DNA from: a virus
Length of the DNA stretch: 64,000 nt
Reading direction: 5' to 3' (one strand)
IMG/VR virus record: IMGVR_UViG_3300022074_000002
The notes under the pieces are model-generated. The model ran no database searches and was not told the origin of the DNA. It saw only the letters and a program-made list of their open reading frames with translations. The position numbers and the translations under genes were made by a program. Below are positions 25,818-34,518 of the stretch, piece by piece (within the stretch, counting starts at the first letter, position 1; every line of letters begins with the position of its first letter).

Positions 25818-26660
25818 ATGGCAACTATGGCATCACCATCAGAAACATCACTATACTTGAATGCCTTTGATAAGACCATTCAATTTGAAGGAGTGATGAA
25901 AACTATAGACGATGATTATTGGACTAGCGATATAGTTCCAATATTATATCCTCTATGGGATTCTGATAAGGATAAATTAGAATTATTTGTACAGTATAAA
26001 GATAATACTGTCAAGATGAATAAGACTAAGTATCAGAGAAATCAAAAGACTGGAGCATATAAATGGGTATCATATCAGTTTGACCTAGCACCATTCCCAA
26101 CAGAGGTTAATGATTTATATACTAGGATAGTAGAGAAATGGACAGAGTATAGAGTAGGACAAGAGAATGATTTAGAAAGGGCACTAGCAGCATCTTTCTC
26201 TAAGTCAACGATACTTAACTGGACTAAGGTTACATTAATGAGAAACTTTTTATTAATGGACAGTGACTGGACACAGCTCGGCGACGCTCCTCTATCTACA
26301 GAAGAAAAGGCAAAGTGGGTGACATATAGACAGAAACTAAGAGATATACCATCAGAACAGAAAGATAATGCTGCCAATGCAGTAGTATTTCCAATCACAC
26401 CATCAAAGCATACTAAGTTAGGTGATGGAATCACATATCTTGGTGATGTATCACATTTCTATACCATACCACAGTCAGTGTATAGTAAGTTCTCAACTAG
26501 AATTGTAAACTATCTTGCACTAGCAATAGGTACAGCAGCAATAGATGAGATGCCTGTAACCAGTATCGCAAGACCAAATACAAGTCTTGATCCTAATACA
26601 GGTGACAATGATCTTGATAATATACTCAAGATGATTGATGAAGGTGACTTTGGAGAATAA
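25818..26660 (+). CDS. tail fibre assembly chaperone-like protein
   Basis: RNFLLMDSDWTQLGDAPLS.E.KAKW..YRQKLRDIP is the phage tail assembly chaperone motif. Confidence 0.8.
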   Translation: MATMASPSETSLYLNAFDKTIQFEGVMKTIDDDYWTSDIVPILYPLWDSDKDKLELFVQYKDNTVKMNKTKYQRNQKTGAYKWVSYQFDLAPFPTEVNDLYTRIVEKWTEYRVGQENDLERALAASFSKSTILNWTKVTLMRNFLLMDSDWTQLGDAPLSTEEKAKWVTYRQKLRDIPSEQKDNAANAVVFPITPSKHTKLGDGITYLGDVSHFYTIPQSVYSKFSTRIVNYLALAIGTAAIDEMPVTSIARPNTSLDPNTGDNDLDNILKMIDEGDFGE

Positions 26661-26662
26661 CT

Positions 26663-27025
26663 ATGCCACTCATAACATTAAATCCTAAGTCAACTAACAT
26701 GTTGATCGCTGACTATGCAAAGTTAAGCAATAAGTTTCTATTGGTAATTGATAACAGTAAATACCATACACTTGCAGCAGATAAGAAAGCAACTGTATTA
26801 GCATACTATGATGGCATCATACCAGAGGCAGAGATTGATAGAATATTTGAACTAGAACACATATATTATTATTTTGACCAAGAATTAGCAGCAACAGACG
26901 CTGCATACGAGTGGTTCCCACAACCACAGAACGTACCAGACGCAGATCATTATATAAAAGCATACGTTATAAGACCAAATGGTACAATACCATACGAGAA
27001 CGCAGATCCTACACCACCTGGTTGA
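26663..27025 (+). CDS. hypothetical protein (tail module)
   Basis: 120 aa ORF 2 nt after the chaperone gene. Confidence 0.7.
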   Translation: MPLITLNPKSTNMLIADYAKLSNKFLLVIDNSKYHTLAADKKATVLAYYDGIIPEAEIDRIFELEHIYYYFDQELAATDAAYEWFPQPQNVPDADHYIKAYVIRPNGTIPYENADPTPPG

Positions 27026-27049
27026 CAACATCTAAAAGTGTGATAGAAT
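27022..27049 (+). promoter_or_regulatory. sigma70 promoter, extended -10
   Basis: TTGACA 27022-27027, 16-bp spacer, TG-a-TAGAAT 27041-27049. Confidence 0.7.
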
Positions 27050-27070
27050 AGGCGTAGTTATCACTCATCA

Positions 27071-27304
27071 ATGAACGTACCAGACCCTTGGATGCTTCAG
27101 CACTTGCAATTGCAAGCGATACTCAGGGATCACCCAATTCCTGCTAATCAAATGCAGTATCTAGGAGAAAGAGAATATACAACAGAATACGCTGCACACC
27201 CAGAATATCATGGTAAGAAAATGCCATGGTATTTAATTGGTGGTGAGCATGAAGTTCCAGTTTGTGACATTCAAGACGTTCAAGGCACTGATGAGGATAT
27301 ATAA
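27071..27304 (+). CDS. hypothetical protein
   Basis: 77 aa, first ORF after the promoter. Confidence 0.65.
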   Translation: MNVPDPWMLQHLQLQAILRDHPIPANQMQYLGEREYTTEYAAHPEYHGKKMPWYLIGGEHEVPVCDIQDVQGTDEDI

Positions 27305-27322
27305 AAAAACTTACATAAAACT

Positions 27323-27640
27323 ATGAGAGATCAAGGTTCGGTAGGAAAGGAAAGTCCAGAAGTGAAATATGATAGAGCACTTGCTTTATTCACAGAGTCA
27401 GTGATGGAACCCAATCATCATCTAAGAGGTTGTGCACACAACCAAGGGTGCTTTGATGAACTCATGGAGATCAGGAAGCACGTATTGGAGTATCTCAAAA
27501 CAATGAGAGAAGTTACACATCACACTAATGCCGATGAAAGTGATGAAATAGAAAGTGCAAAGGTCATGGAAGCAAAATATGTAACGCACCATGATAAAAC
27601 AATGCAGTTCATGCGTGATTCTATACCAAATAGATATTAA
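27323..27640 (+). CDS. conserved cyanophage hypothetical protein
   Basis: 105 aa helical ORF. Confidence 0.65.
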   Translation: MRDQGSVGKESPEVKYDRALALFTESVMEPNHHLRGCAHNQGCFDELMEIRKHVLEYLKTMREVTHHTNADESDEIESAKVMEAKYVTHHDKTMQFMRDSIPNRY

Positions 27641-27882
27641 TGGACAAAAAGACAAGATTGATCACTGCACTGTCACAACTTGATAGTGTGGGTAAAATGA
27701 TAATTGATGAAGATTATCGAGGATACATGGGTAACCACTTACTCATGGTTGAAATAGAACTTCAAAGACAACTACAAAAACTTACCAATGAAAGAAGAAG
27801 AATTCCGATCCGCAATAAACAACATCTTAATGATGCAAAGCAACAACGACCAGAACTTCCAGATTTTACAGGCACAGATTGA
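27640..27882 (+). CDS. hypothetical protein
   Basis: TAATG coupling to the upstream gene. Confidence 0.55.
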   Translation: MDKKTRLITALSQLDSVGKMIIDEDYRGYMGNHLLMVEIELQRQLQKLTNERRRIPIRNKQHLNDAKQQRPELPDFTGTD

Positions 27883-27985
27883 TAATTTACAAAAGCAACT
27901 AGATGATCTAAACGATCTTAAAGAGATGTTTAGACTACCCAACCCCGCTAACAAGGATAGGGAAAAGTTCGATGTTGTTGAGTGA
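27788..27985 (+). CDS. coiled-coil hypothetical protein
   Basis: 65 aa heptad pattern LQAQIDNLQKQLDDL. Confidence 0.6.
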   Translation: MKEEEFRSAINNILMMQSNNDQNFQILQAQIDNLQKQLDDLNDLKEMFRLPNPANKDREKFDVVE

Positions 27986-28307
27986 TTTTCAGTTACTACA
28001 ACCAATAGTATGTGATGGTGTTATTGGTTACATCAATTTTATATGCGAAGACTATGTTACCATGACATTCATGGACACACCACTACCCGCATCTATGAAT
28101 AGTAGATGGGGAAGACATCAAGTGGCAATGTGCATATATCCGCAGGACTTACCAAAGGTAAGAGTAGATCTTACGGAGAAAGAGTTAGAGCATCCTGTAT
28201 TGCACCGCACCAGTGATCCTCTATCTAATCATCATAGAAAGAATAACCCAAAATTTATACGAAGACCCGCCCCTGATCGCAACAGTAGATCACATCCATA
28301 CCAGTAA
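27972..28307 (+). CDS. hypothetical protein
   Basis: 111 aa ORF. Confidence 0.5.
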   Translation: MLLSDFQLLQPIVCDGVIGYINFICEDYVTMTFMDTPLPASMNSRWGRHQVAMCIYPQDLPKVRVDLTEKELEHPVLHRTSDPLSNHHRKNNPKFIRRPAPDRNSRSHPYQ

Positions 28308-28322
28308 TTCCGCAATTGCGGA

Positions 28323-28380
28323 GTGGACAGTTAGGAAAGTGTAACAATCTCTTGCACAGGGGATTTTTATGCTCTATAAT
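28323..28380 (+). promoter_or_regulatory. early promoter with upstream palindrome
   Basis: GTGGACAGTTaggAAAGTGTAAC; TTGCAC 28352, 17-bp spacer, TATAAT 28375. Confidence 0.75.
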
Positions 28381-28444
28381 AAGAGTGGGAAAACAACCAG
28401 ATTAACTTCTAGGTTTGTTTTCTCGCACCCTATTACACTTGACA

Positions 28445-28621
28445 ATGAAGAAAAAGTATCCTAGAATGTCTGTTACTATCACACCAGATCATGTAACTAT
28501 GGAAAACAAGTTCTCACTTACAGAGATTAAGTATCTCATGAATCTAATGATGGGTGACTATCATTCAAAGCACTCTAGACTATATGCTAAACTAGAGAGA
28601 ATGCTAGACGCATACGAGTAG
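28445..28621 (+). CDS. hypothetical early protein
   Basis: ATG 28445 preferred over the track's alternative start. Confidence 0.55.
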   Translation: MKKKYPRMSVTITPDHVTMENKFSLTEIKYLMNLMMGDYHSKHSRLYAKLERMLDAYE

Positions 28622-28676
28622 ACAGTTATATTAGTGGCACAAGAGAGGTAGAAACGTTGTTTATATCGACTATAAT
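28618..28676 (+). promoter_or_regulatory. early promoter with upstream palindrome
   Basis: GTAGACAGTTatatTAGTGGCAC; GTAGAA 28648, 17-bp spacer, TATAAT 28671. Confidence 0.75.
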
Positions 28677-28703
28677 AAGTACATACACAAAAGAGCACCA
28701 CTC

Positions 28704-29162
28704 ATGACAAACACAGCACTATTCAAGAAAGCAGCAGTAGAGATCGAAGAGTACGCACAGACACTATGTGAAACTCTAGAGGAGAACTTCAAGCAAGACT
28801 CTATAGATTCATACAGAGCAATGATGATGAGAGATGGATACAGCATCTATGCAGCAAAGAGACTAGAGGACATCGAGGAAGGCACTGCTAACCTTTACAA
28901 GTATGTGATACACAAAGGACGTAAGTATCTAAAGATCGTACAGCAGCAGTTTGATGACATGGGTCCTAATCCATCAATGAAGTACAGAGATGGTTCAGTA
29001 CATGCATTCATAGACAGAGAGACAGGAGATGTATACAAACCCGCAGGATGGGCAAAACCTGCGAAGCACGTAAGATATAATCTACTAGAGAGAAAGGATA
29101 GAGAGTTTCTATTCGATTACAAAAACGTTGGTTGGGCAGGAGGTTATCTCTACATGAGATAA
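28704..29162 (+). CDS. conserved phage early hypothetical protein
   Basis: GRKYLKIV..GSVHAFIDRETGDVYKPAGWAKPAKHVRYNL, a family recalled as widespread in phages. Confidence 0.8.
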   Translation: MTNTALFKKAAVEIEEYAQTLCETLEENFKQDSIDSYRAMMMRDGYSIYAAKRLEDIEEGTANLYKYVIHKGRKYLKIVQQQFDDMGPNPSMKYRDGSVHAFIDRETGDVYKPAGWAKPAKHVRYNLLERKDREFLFDYKNVGWAGGYLYMR

Positions 29163-29194
29163 TCCACCCACCATGTACTCTTATACATAACCAC

Positions 29195-29446
29195 ATGAAT
29201 CTTCTATCTGACCACATTAAGGATTACATTCAACCATACCCTCGTCTTAGATACACTAAGGGAGAGTATGAGTTACGTGTATTACCACGTGAAGAACTAG
29301 ACATGGACGAAGAGAAGAAATTTTGGAGAATGTTCCGTAAGTTTCCTAACGAGTTCGCTGCAGCAGCAGTATCCATGTTACCTAAGGACGTAGAGTTTAA
29401 GCAATATGATCATTTGAACAACACACTATTCCTCACTAAAAAGTAA
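29195..29446 (+). CDS. hypothetical early protein
   Basis: ATG 29195 inside track ORF 29132-29446. Confidence 0.55.
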   Translation: MNLLSDHIKDYIQPYPRLRYTKGEYELRVLPREELDMDEEKKFWRMFRKFPNEFAAAAVSMLPKDVEFKQYDHLNNTLFLTKK

Positions 29447-29450
29447 AATC

Positions 29451-29690
29451 ATGCCAACAGAAGAATTCAACAACGAACGTGCACGCATCTCTAAACAACG
29501 TGATGATATCATGGATATTATGACGGAGAAGTTTAAAGAGCACACCGCAAACAACGACATGAATAGTGCTATGGCACTTGCAGATGAGTATTTTGAGTGG
29601 TTACACCCAGATATTGCGACGCACGAAGATACACTTTACTCAGATGAAACAGAACTCAGAAGAACATACCTCGAACTCACAACTCGATGA
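29451..29690 (+). CDS. acidic hypothetical protein
   Basis: 79 aa ORF. Confidence 0.6.
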   Translation: MPTEEFNNERARISKQRDDIMDIMTEKFKEHTANNDMNSAMALADEYFEWLHPDIATHEDTLYSDETELRRTYLELTTR

Positions 29691-29694
29691 TAGT

Positions 29695-29808
29695 ATGAAA
29701 GATCTAGTCTTAGCGTATATCAAAGCAAAGAATGCGGATGATGACGCTAAGGCAGAGGTCATACTCGATGAAATCAATGAACTCAGACGTTTAACCAATG
29801 ACAAATGA
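29695..29808 (+). CDS. small hypothetical protein
   Basis: MKDLVLAY..TNDK*, 37 aa; ATGA overlap with the next gene. Confidence 0.5.
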   Translation: MKDLVLAYIKAKNADDDAKAEVILDEINELRRLTNDK

Positions 29809-30272
29809 AGAAGAGTACAACAGCGAACGCACTGAAGGAGAATCTCAAGGGGTTAACATCTACGACGAGATCAAAAAAGAAATCCAACGTGTCATCGACT
29901 CGGAAAACCCAAACGACAAAGGGCAAGACAACCTCCCAGAACCGTACCAAACGTACGAGCAAAGGAACGACCTCCTCCCAGAAGACTTCTACAACTCGCA
30001 AAGCGAAGGTAAAGACTTCAACTAAGATAACAATCACACAATCACGTAAGAAGGACATGTTCCCACATATGGGTATAGCACATAAGTTTCCTTATTACTT
30101 TGAACCAATGCCAGAGATACAAGATAAACTCAACAAAGCATGGTTCGATCAGTATTTCGGCGAAGAACGTATGATTGATCACATAAGGAAACATAAACTG
30201 AAGTCACATCAGTACAAAGCATATGTCAACTATTGGTGGTTAAAAGAAACCAAAGCAAGAACTGTCACATAG
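29805..30272 (+). CDS. protein with Lys/Thr/Ser-rich basic N-terminus
   Basis: ATGA coupling; low-complexity basic tail then FPHM..FPYYFE domain. Confidence 0.7.
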   Translation: MKKSTTANALKENLKGLTSTTRSKKKSNVSSTRKTQTTKGKTTSQNRTKRTSKGTTSSQKTSTTRKAKVKTSTKITITQSRKKDMFPHMGIAHKFPYYFEPMPEIQDKLNKAWFDQYFGEERMIDHIRKHKLKSHQYKAYVNYWWLKETKARTVT

Positions 30273-30304
30273 ACCTGTACACATGCACACATATGGACTA
30301 TAAT
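30260..30304 (+). promoter_or_regulatory. early promoter with palindrome half-site
   Basis: AACTGTCAC 30260-30268; TATAAT 30299. Confidence 0.6.
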
Positions 30305-30329
30305 AAGTACATACACAACAAATCACATC

Positions 30330-30581
30330 ATGACAGCATTAGAACTCGCATCACAAGTAGATCAACTCTTCTCTTTCTATGATTATGTTCACTCATTCTA
30401 TGGTAAAGATGGTATCTACCCAGAGAACGAAAGAACAATACCACAGATAGCAGACGCTACCGCTGAGTACTTTGAAAGATGCTTCGACCCTAATGACACA
30501 TGGACATGGGGTGATGGTGACTCACTCGACAGAGAAAGAGTCAGAGACATTATGAATTTTAACCTAGGTAAAGCACTATGA
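30330..30581 (+). CDS. hypothetical early protein
   Basis: FYDYVHSFYGKDGIYP..W.WGDGDSLDRERVRD. Confidence 0.7.
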   Translation: MTALELASQVDQLFSFYDYVHSFYGKDGIYPENERTIPQIADATAEYFERCFDPNDTWTWGDGDSLDRERVRDIMNFNLGKAL

Positions 30582-31366
30582 ACCAAGCAGGAATCCCATT
30601 CTACGACTTCCCACACTCACCTATACTATGGATAGGATTAGGTGGTATACTATTCACACTGGTATTATACTTTGTAACTAACAGAGCGTATACCATATCA
30701 CCATTCAATGAAGACAATGAACTTCGACAAAAATGATCCTGATAATGAAGTGTTCAAGATTACATGGTGGGAAGGCGATAACCTGTCTCCCCATCATAAG
30801 TCAGGAGAACAAATAGTATACAGCATAAAAGAAGGTGCTGAACTAATCGAATACTTATCATCAAACAACTGGAGTTACACAGTACAATGAAACCTTACAT
30901 ACTATACATTATCATAGGACTATTCTTTATGACACTGATAAGGACAACACTAACAATTGATAGGAGCGAAAGAAACCAAAGACTATATGATGAACTATGT
31001 CAAGTAGATGAATCATATTGTATAGAGGAGAAGTCATGACTAATTGGAATGATCGTGAATCAATTCGTAATCACGTAAGACATGAGAACAAGATTAGATT
31101 CAAGAAGTGGGAGATGGAGAAACCAATGCCTATCAAAAATAGAAAGTATCCAAAGAAGATAGATGATAACACCAACACTTAAAACATTCACAAGTACATC
31201 AAATAGATCATATGACAGACACAAATATGAGTTAGTATTCAGTGATGGAAGGTCAGTTGTGATTGATGATTATTCTGCTATGAAACAAGCATGGATGCAG
31301 CATACCAGTGTGTGTTCTCATGTAAATATACTGGATAAGAAGAAGAGTAGAGGTGGAGGATTTTAG
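30578..31366 (+). CDS. chain of five small overlapping ORFs (30578-30736, 30708-30890, 30887-31039, 31036-31182, 31163-31366)
   Basis: Translated by hand; ATGA overlaps; 30578 and 30887 have transmembrane-like stretches. Confidence 0.5.
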
Positions 31367-31542
31367 AGTACTTTTGCGTACGTGAGAGCGTCAGTGGTAG
31401 ACAGGGATTCTTGGAGGTAGTATAGGGTAGTATCCTTGAGATTAAGAAAGGTTAATTAAATATAGGTAAGGTGCTCTCTTGTTGTTGTCTTAGGCTGGTA
31501 TGTATGAGAAGTCAAGTGCGGATATCTTTATGTCCCGAAACC

Positions 31543-31685
31543 CTCAAAAAGACTCAAAAACACTCAGAGGTGTGCTACAATTAATACAGAAAGTCAGAAA
31601 AGTCACTTTTTTGGTTTTTTAAGTTTTTCAGAAAGTTAAAAAAGTCATTTTTTTAATATTCTGAGTTTTTTAAGAATTTTTAATT
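31543..31685. repeat. phased A/T-tract intergenic region with direct repeats
   Basis: CTCAAAAA(G/C)A with 10-bp period at 31543; 26-mers at 31587 and 31629 match 23/26. Confidence 0.7.
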
Positions 31686-31689
31686 TTAA

Positions 31690-31926
31690 ATGTTTGTGAA
31701 AACCTTCGAGAACCTCGGTAGTTCAGCATTATATGTCATAAAAATAGGAGAAAACTCTGTATTTGCAACATATAATACAAATATCGACAAAGAATACGAA
31801 TTTATGTGTGAAAACCCACAAAATTTCGAGAATAAACTGTCAAAGTCCCTAGAGAAGGGAGAATCAGTAGGTAAACTATTCCATGCCAGTATAAAGGATG
31901 GTGAACTAGTACCCGCTGACAAATAA
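31690..31926 (+). CDS. KTSC-like small protein
   Basis: SSAL..I near the N-terminus; ESVGKLFH..IK near the C-terminus. Confidence 0.5.
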   Translation: MFVKTFENLGSSALYVIKIGENSVFATYNTNIDKEYEFMCENPQNFENKLSKSLEKGESVGKLFHASIKDGELVPADK

Positions 31927-32061
31927 ATGAGTAAAAAGTATAATATAGACCAAGGAGACGCTAATTCAGACGACCTTGAGACATATGGATATCAAATTAA
32001 AAGTATAAACAGATCTAATAAGAAAAAGGTAACACGAATAAAGAAAGAAAAGGACAGATAG
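31927..32061 (+). CDS. small basic hypothetical protein
   Basis: MSKKYNIDQ..KEKDR*, 44 aa, immediately after the upstream stop. Confidence 0.5.
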   Translation: MSKKYNIDQGDANSDDLETYGYQIKSINRSNKKKVTRIKKEKDR

Positions 32062-32121
32062 TGTGCCGATATTATTAGTGGCACACAAGTGGTTGAATTA
32101 TGCATATATTATTGCAATAAT
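32061..32121 (+). promoter_or_regulatory. early promoter with upstream palindrome
   Basis: GTGTGCCGATattatTAGTGGCAC; TTGAAT 32093; AATAAT 32116. Confidence 0.65.
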
Positions 32122-32149
32122 AGAGTATACACAAATTCAGAAACCATTT

Positions 32150-32335
32150 ATGTCATTCTTCAAGCACGTAGCACTTCACAAATACGACTTAACAGATAAA
32201 GGAGTATCTCAAGCATGCTACGACGAAATGAAAGCAGAGGGTTATGACCTCGTAATTTCAGAAAAGGAAATGCAAGTTCTTGCCAAGCACAGATGCGAGG
32301 AATTCAAGAACTATATGAGACCTCTCTTCGCTTAG
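32150..32335 (+). CDS. hypothetical early protein
   Basis: ATG 32150; the track's upstream start runs through the promoter. Confidence 0.65.
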   Translation: MSFFKHVALHKYDLTDKGVSQACYDEMKAEGYDLVISEKEMQVLAKHRCEEFKNYMRPLFA

Positions 32336-32346
32336 GGGTCTTTTTC
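32317..32346 (+). terminator. intrinsic terminator
   Basis: GAGACCTCT-cttcgctt-AGGGGTCTT then TTTT. Confidence 0.6.
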
Positions 32347-32347
32347 A

Positions 32348-32572
32348 ATGCCAGAAAATACATGGATCTACGACACTGTATGGGAAGAGTACAGAGAAGA
32401 GCACGGTCATACTATAGACGAGATGAACGAATTCATCTGGCAAGGTAACCGAACCGTGATCCAAGATCTCGAACAGAGAGCAAACAAGATGATGTGGCAA
32501 TTCGATCAGCGGAGTGCATGGATGTGTGGCGATGAACCACAATACAGAGTACCCGAAGATTGCCCATTCTAA
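32348..32572 (+). CDS. hypothetical protein
   Basis: 74 aa ORF. Confidence 0.55.
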   Translation: MPENTWIYDTVWEEYREEHGHTIDEMNEFIWQGNRTVIQDLEQRANKMMWQFDQRSAWMCGDEPQYRVPEDCPF

Positions 32573-32629
32573 GACAGTTGACAAAGTGGCACACTCACCC
32601 GTTGACACACTGCCACCAACTGCTATAAT
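32573..32629 (+). promoter_or_regulatory. early promoter with upstream palindrome
   Basis: GACAGTTgacaAAGTGGCAC; TTGACA 32602; TATAAT 32624. Confidence 0.8.
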
Positions 32630-32654
32630 AAGTACATAACAATCAATCAGACAA

Positions 32655-32828
32655 ATGCCTTTACACATCGCAACCGACCTCATCTCATTTCTACAAGACA
32701 TGAGTTCAGACAACGACAACCTTGTACCTGACCTAGACCTAGCAACAGACTACTTAGAGTCACAAGGTGTAGAACTCACAGATGCAGTTATCAGACATGC
32801 TGCTCGCCTTATCGACATCAACTTCTAA
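32655..32828 (+). CDS. small acidic early protein
   Basis: MPLHIATDLISFLQDMSSDNDNLVPDLDLATDYLESQGVELTDAVIRHAARLIDINF*, not in track. Confidence 0.65.
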   Translation: MPLHIATDLISFLQDMSSDNDNLVPDLDLATDYLESQGVELTDAVIRHAARLIDINF

Positions 32829-32871
32829 TCTATTGTACACTCTCTTATTCACCCTATTCTTTTTAATCACC

Positions 32872-33186
32872 ATGCGTAAAGTTGAAATGCAAATGAACAC
32901 AGCGATCAGAAACAGAGTTAACTGGGCGGGATCCAATACAACTGTTATGATCAACGAGAATAACAACAAAGCAAGAGTATTCTTACACGGTAACTTAATT
33001 GCTGAAGTATGCAATGAGTTTGTAGCAATCTTCGACGGTGGTTGGCAGTCCAACACTACGAAGAGCAGACTTAACGCATTACTTACAGAGTTCAGACCAC
33101 AGGCGGGAGTATTTCAAAAAGACTGGACATGGTTCATTAGACATGGAAACTCAGTTTTCCCATTCAAATCAGGGTCGCTAGTTTAA
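32872..33186 (+). CDS. conserved phage early hypothetical protein
   Basis: MRKVEMQMNTAIR..NT.V..VFLHGNLIAE..GGWQSNTTKSRLNAL..FQKDW.W. Confidence 0.75.
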   Translation: MRKVEMQMNTAIRNRVNWAGSNTTVMINENNNKARVFLHGNLIAEVCNEFVAIFDGGWQSNTTKSRLNALLTEFRPQAGVFQKDWTWFIRHGNSVFPFKSGSLV

Positions 33187-33254
33187 GCGATCCTCTGGGC
33201 GTACATCTCGCAGTTTTCTGATTTATGCCAATTGTTGTAAGTCCCAGAAACGAC

Positions 33255-33322
33255 AAAAAGTTAAAAACCTAGGTTTTCTGATTTTCTAGGTTTTTGACTT
33301 TTTTAGTTTTTTATATTATAAT
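33255..33322 (+). promoter_or_regulatory. 18-bp inverted repeat overlapping a sigma70 promoter
   Basis: Arms 33255-33272 and 33286-33303 (17/18); TTGACT 33294, 17-bp spacer, TATAAT 33317. Confidence 0.7.
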
Positions 33323-33349
33323 TAGTTCTTACAAGCGGGGGTTATTCTA

Positions 33350-33520
33350 ATGTCTATGAGTATTGCGGATATGTATCAGGAGATGATAGATCAGTATACT
33401 GAACTGTATATGTATCAAAAGGCACAAAGAAGGGATGGCATCCGCAGGGACACCACAAAAGATATCCTCGACGACATGTCAGCCGTCGAGGTAGATGTAG
33501 AATATACTAGTGAGACCTAG
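33350..33520 (+). CDS. small hypothetical protein
   Basis: MSMSIADMYQEMIDQY..SET*, 56 aa, follows the promoter. Confidence 0.55.
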   Translation: MSMSIADMYQEMIDQYTELYMYQKAQRRDGIRRDTTKDILDDMSAVEVDVEYTSET

Positions 33521-33726
33521 TGATTACAGTTGTGGTCTCGATAGCAATCCTCGTTCCAATGTTCGTTATCATCTAGTACACCTAGGCGAGTCATGATCAT
33601 ATCATATATTTCCATACCACTGCGGGACATTCTACCCGCTGTGTAATCCCAACCTAAATCTGCTAGGTCGTTACATAGATCAGTTTTGTTCTTGTAACGA
33701 GGAAATTTGGTGTCTGTTTTAGGCAT
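33517..33726 (-). CDS. hypothetical protein
   Basis: 69 aa; last gene of a 3-gene minus-strand operon. Confidence 0.65.
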   Translation of the reverse strand: MPKTDTKFPRYKNKTDLCNDLADLGWDYTAGRMSRSGMEIYDMIMTRLGVLDDNEHWNEDCYRDHNCNH

Positions 33727-33892
33727 TGAGTTGATTCTCCCAGATTTGAGTTTTAAAACGTTTAACTGCCTTGTCTAACAGTTTGATGTCGCCATCGCAA
33801 ATATTTGCTTGCTCTTCATTATCATATTCTAAATGACAGAAGGCGTTATTGATGTCGCCTATGAGAGTGAGCAATGCATTGTAATTATTCAT
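33719..33892 (-). CDS. hypothetical protein
   Basis: MNNYNALLTLIGDINNAFCHLEY..QLNA*, 57 aa; TAATG coupling. Confidence 0.6.
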   Translation of the reverse strand: MNNYNALLTLIGDINNAFCHLEYDNEEQANICDGDIKLLDKAVKRFKTQIWENQLNA

Positions 33893-34053
33893 TACGCTAC
33901 CTCGTACTCAGGGTACACAACTGGATTAGTTTCTTCAACTGCTACGACATAACCTGTCTCGTTGAAATAGTCATCTGCAATCTGACATGCTTCAGAAAAA
34001 TCATTAACGATCTTAACTGGCGATGTGTAGACGACATACTGATTAATTCTCAT
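33892..34053 (-). CDS. hypothetical protein
   Basis: MRINQYVVYTSPVKIVNDFSEACQIADDYFNETGYVVAVEE..*, 53 aa. Confidence 0.65.
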   Translation of the reverse strand: MRINQYVVYTSPVKIVNDFSEACQIADDYFNETGYVVAVEETNPVVYPEYEVA

Positions 34054-34078
34054 AATCTGATTTGTATATTACTCTTAC

Positions 34079-34173
34079 ATTATAATCAGACATATATTAA
34101 ATGCAACCACTCAGTGTGACAGTAATATTACTGGCACATCATGTATTGTATTCCTGCTCTTAACATATAGAAT
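34079..34173. promoter_or_regulatory. divergent sigma70 promoter pair around one palindrome
   Basis: GTGTGACAGTAATATTACTGGCAC 34114-34137; + strand TTGTAT 34145/TAGAAT 34168; - strand TTGCAT (34106-34101)/TATAAT (34084-34079). Confidence 0.75.
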
Positions 34174-34193
34174 ACGTATAGTTACGCAAATCT

Positions 34194-34412
34194 ATGCATT
34201 ACTACAACGTTATTAGTTTTTTAAACGATGATGAACTGCACCAAGTGTGGGACATTTGTGCCGAAGCACTAGAACGCAAAGGATGGGACTGCGACAACTC
34301 AGAGTTGTCTATCCGTGCCTTTGATCAGAATCTAAAATCAAACATTGATTCAGACACGGTATGCGACCCAGAACCATGTGGCACATCTCACCCTTATTAT
34401 TATGAATATTAA
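34194..34412 (+). CDS. hypothetical early protein
   Basis: 72 aa after the promoter. Confidence 0.65.
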   Translation: MHYYNVISFLNDDELHQVWDICAEALERKGWDCDNSELSIRAFDQNLKSNIDSDTVCDPEPCGTSHPYYYEY

Positions 34413-34430
34413 GACACGGATCGCCACAGA

Positions 34431-34491
34431 GTGTGACAATCTTTTTTGTGGCATACTCAAGGTTGCAGGATACGCACCCACCCTCTACAAT
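34431..34491 (+). promoter_or_regulatory. early promoter with upstream palindrome
   Basis: GTGTGACAATctttTTTGTGGCA; TTGCAG 34463, 17-bp spacer, TACAAT 34486. Confidence 0.7.
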
Positions 34492-34518
34492 ACAACTAGT
34501 CAAACAAATCAGAACACT

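Noticed and set aside
33171-33194. Hairpin AGGGTCGCT/AGCGATCCT at the end of the 32872 gene
   Set aside because: No U-tract on either side; not called a terminator
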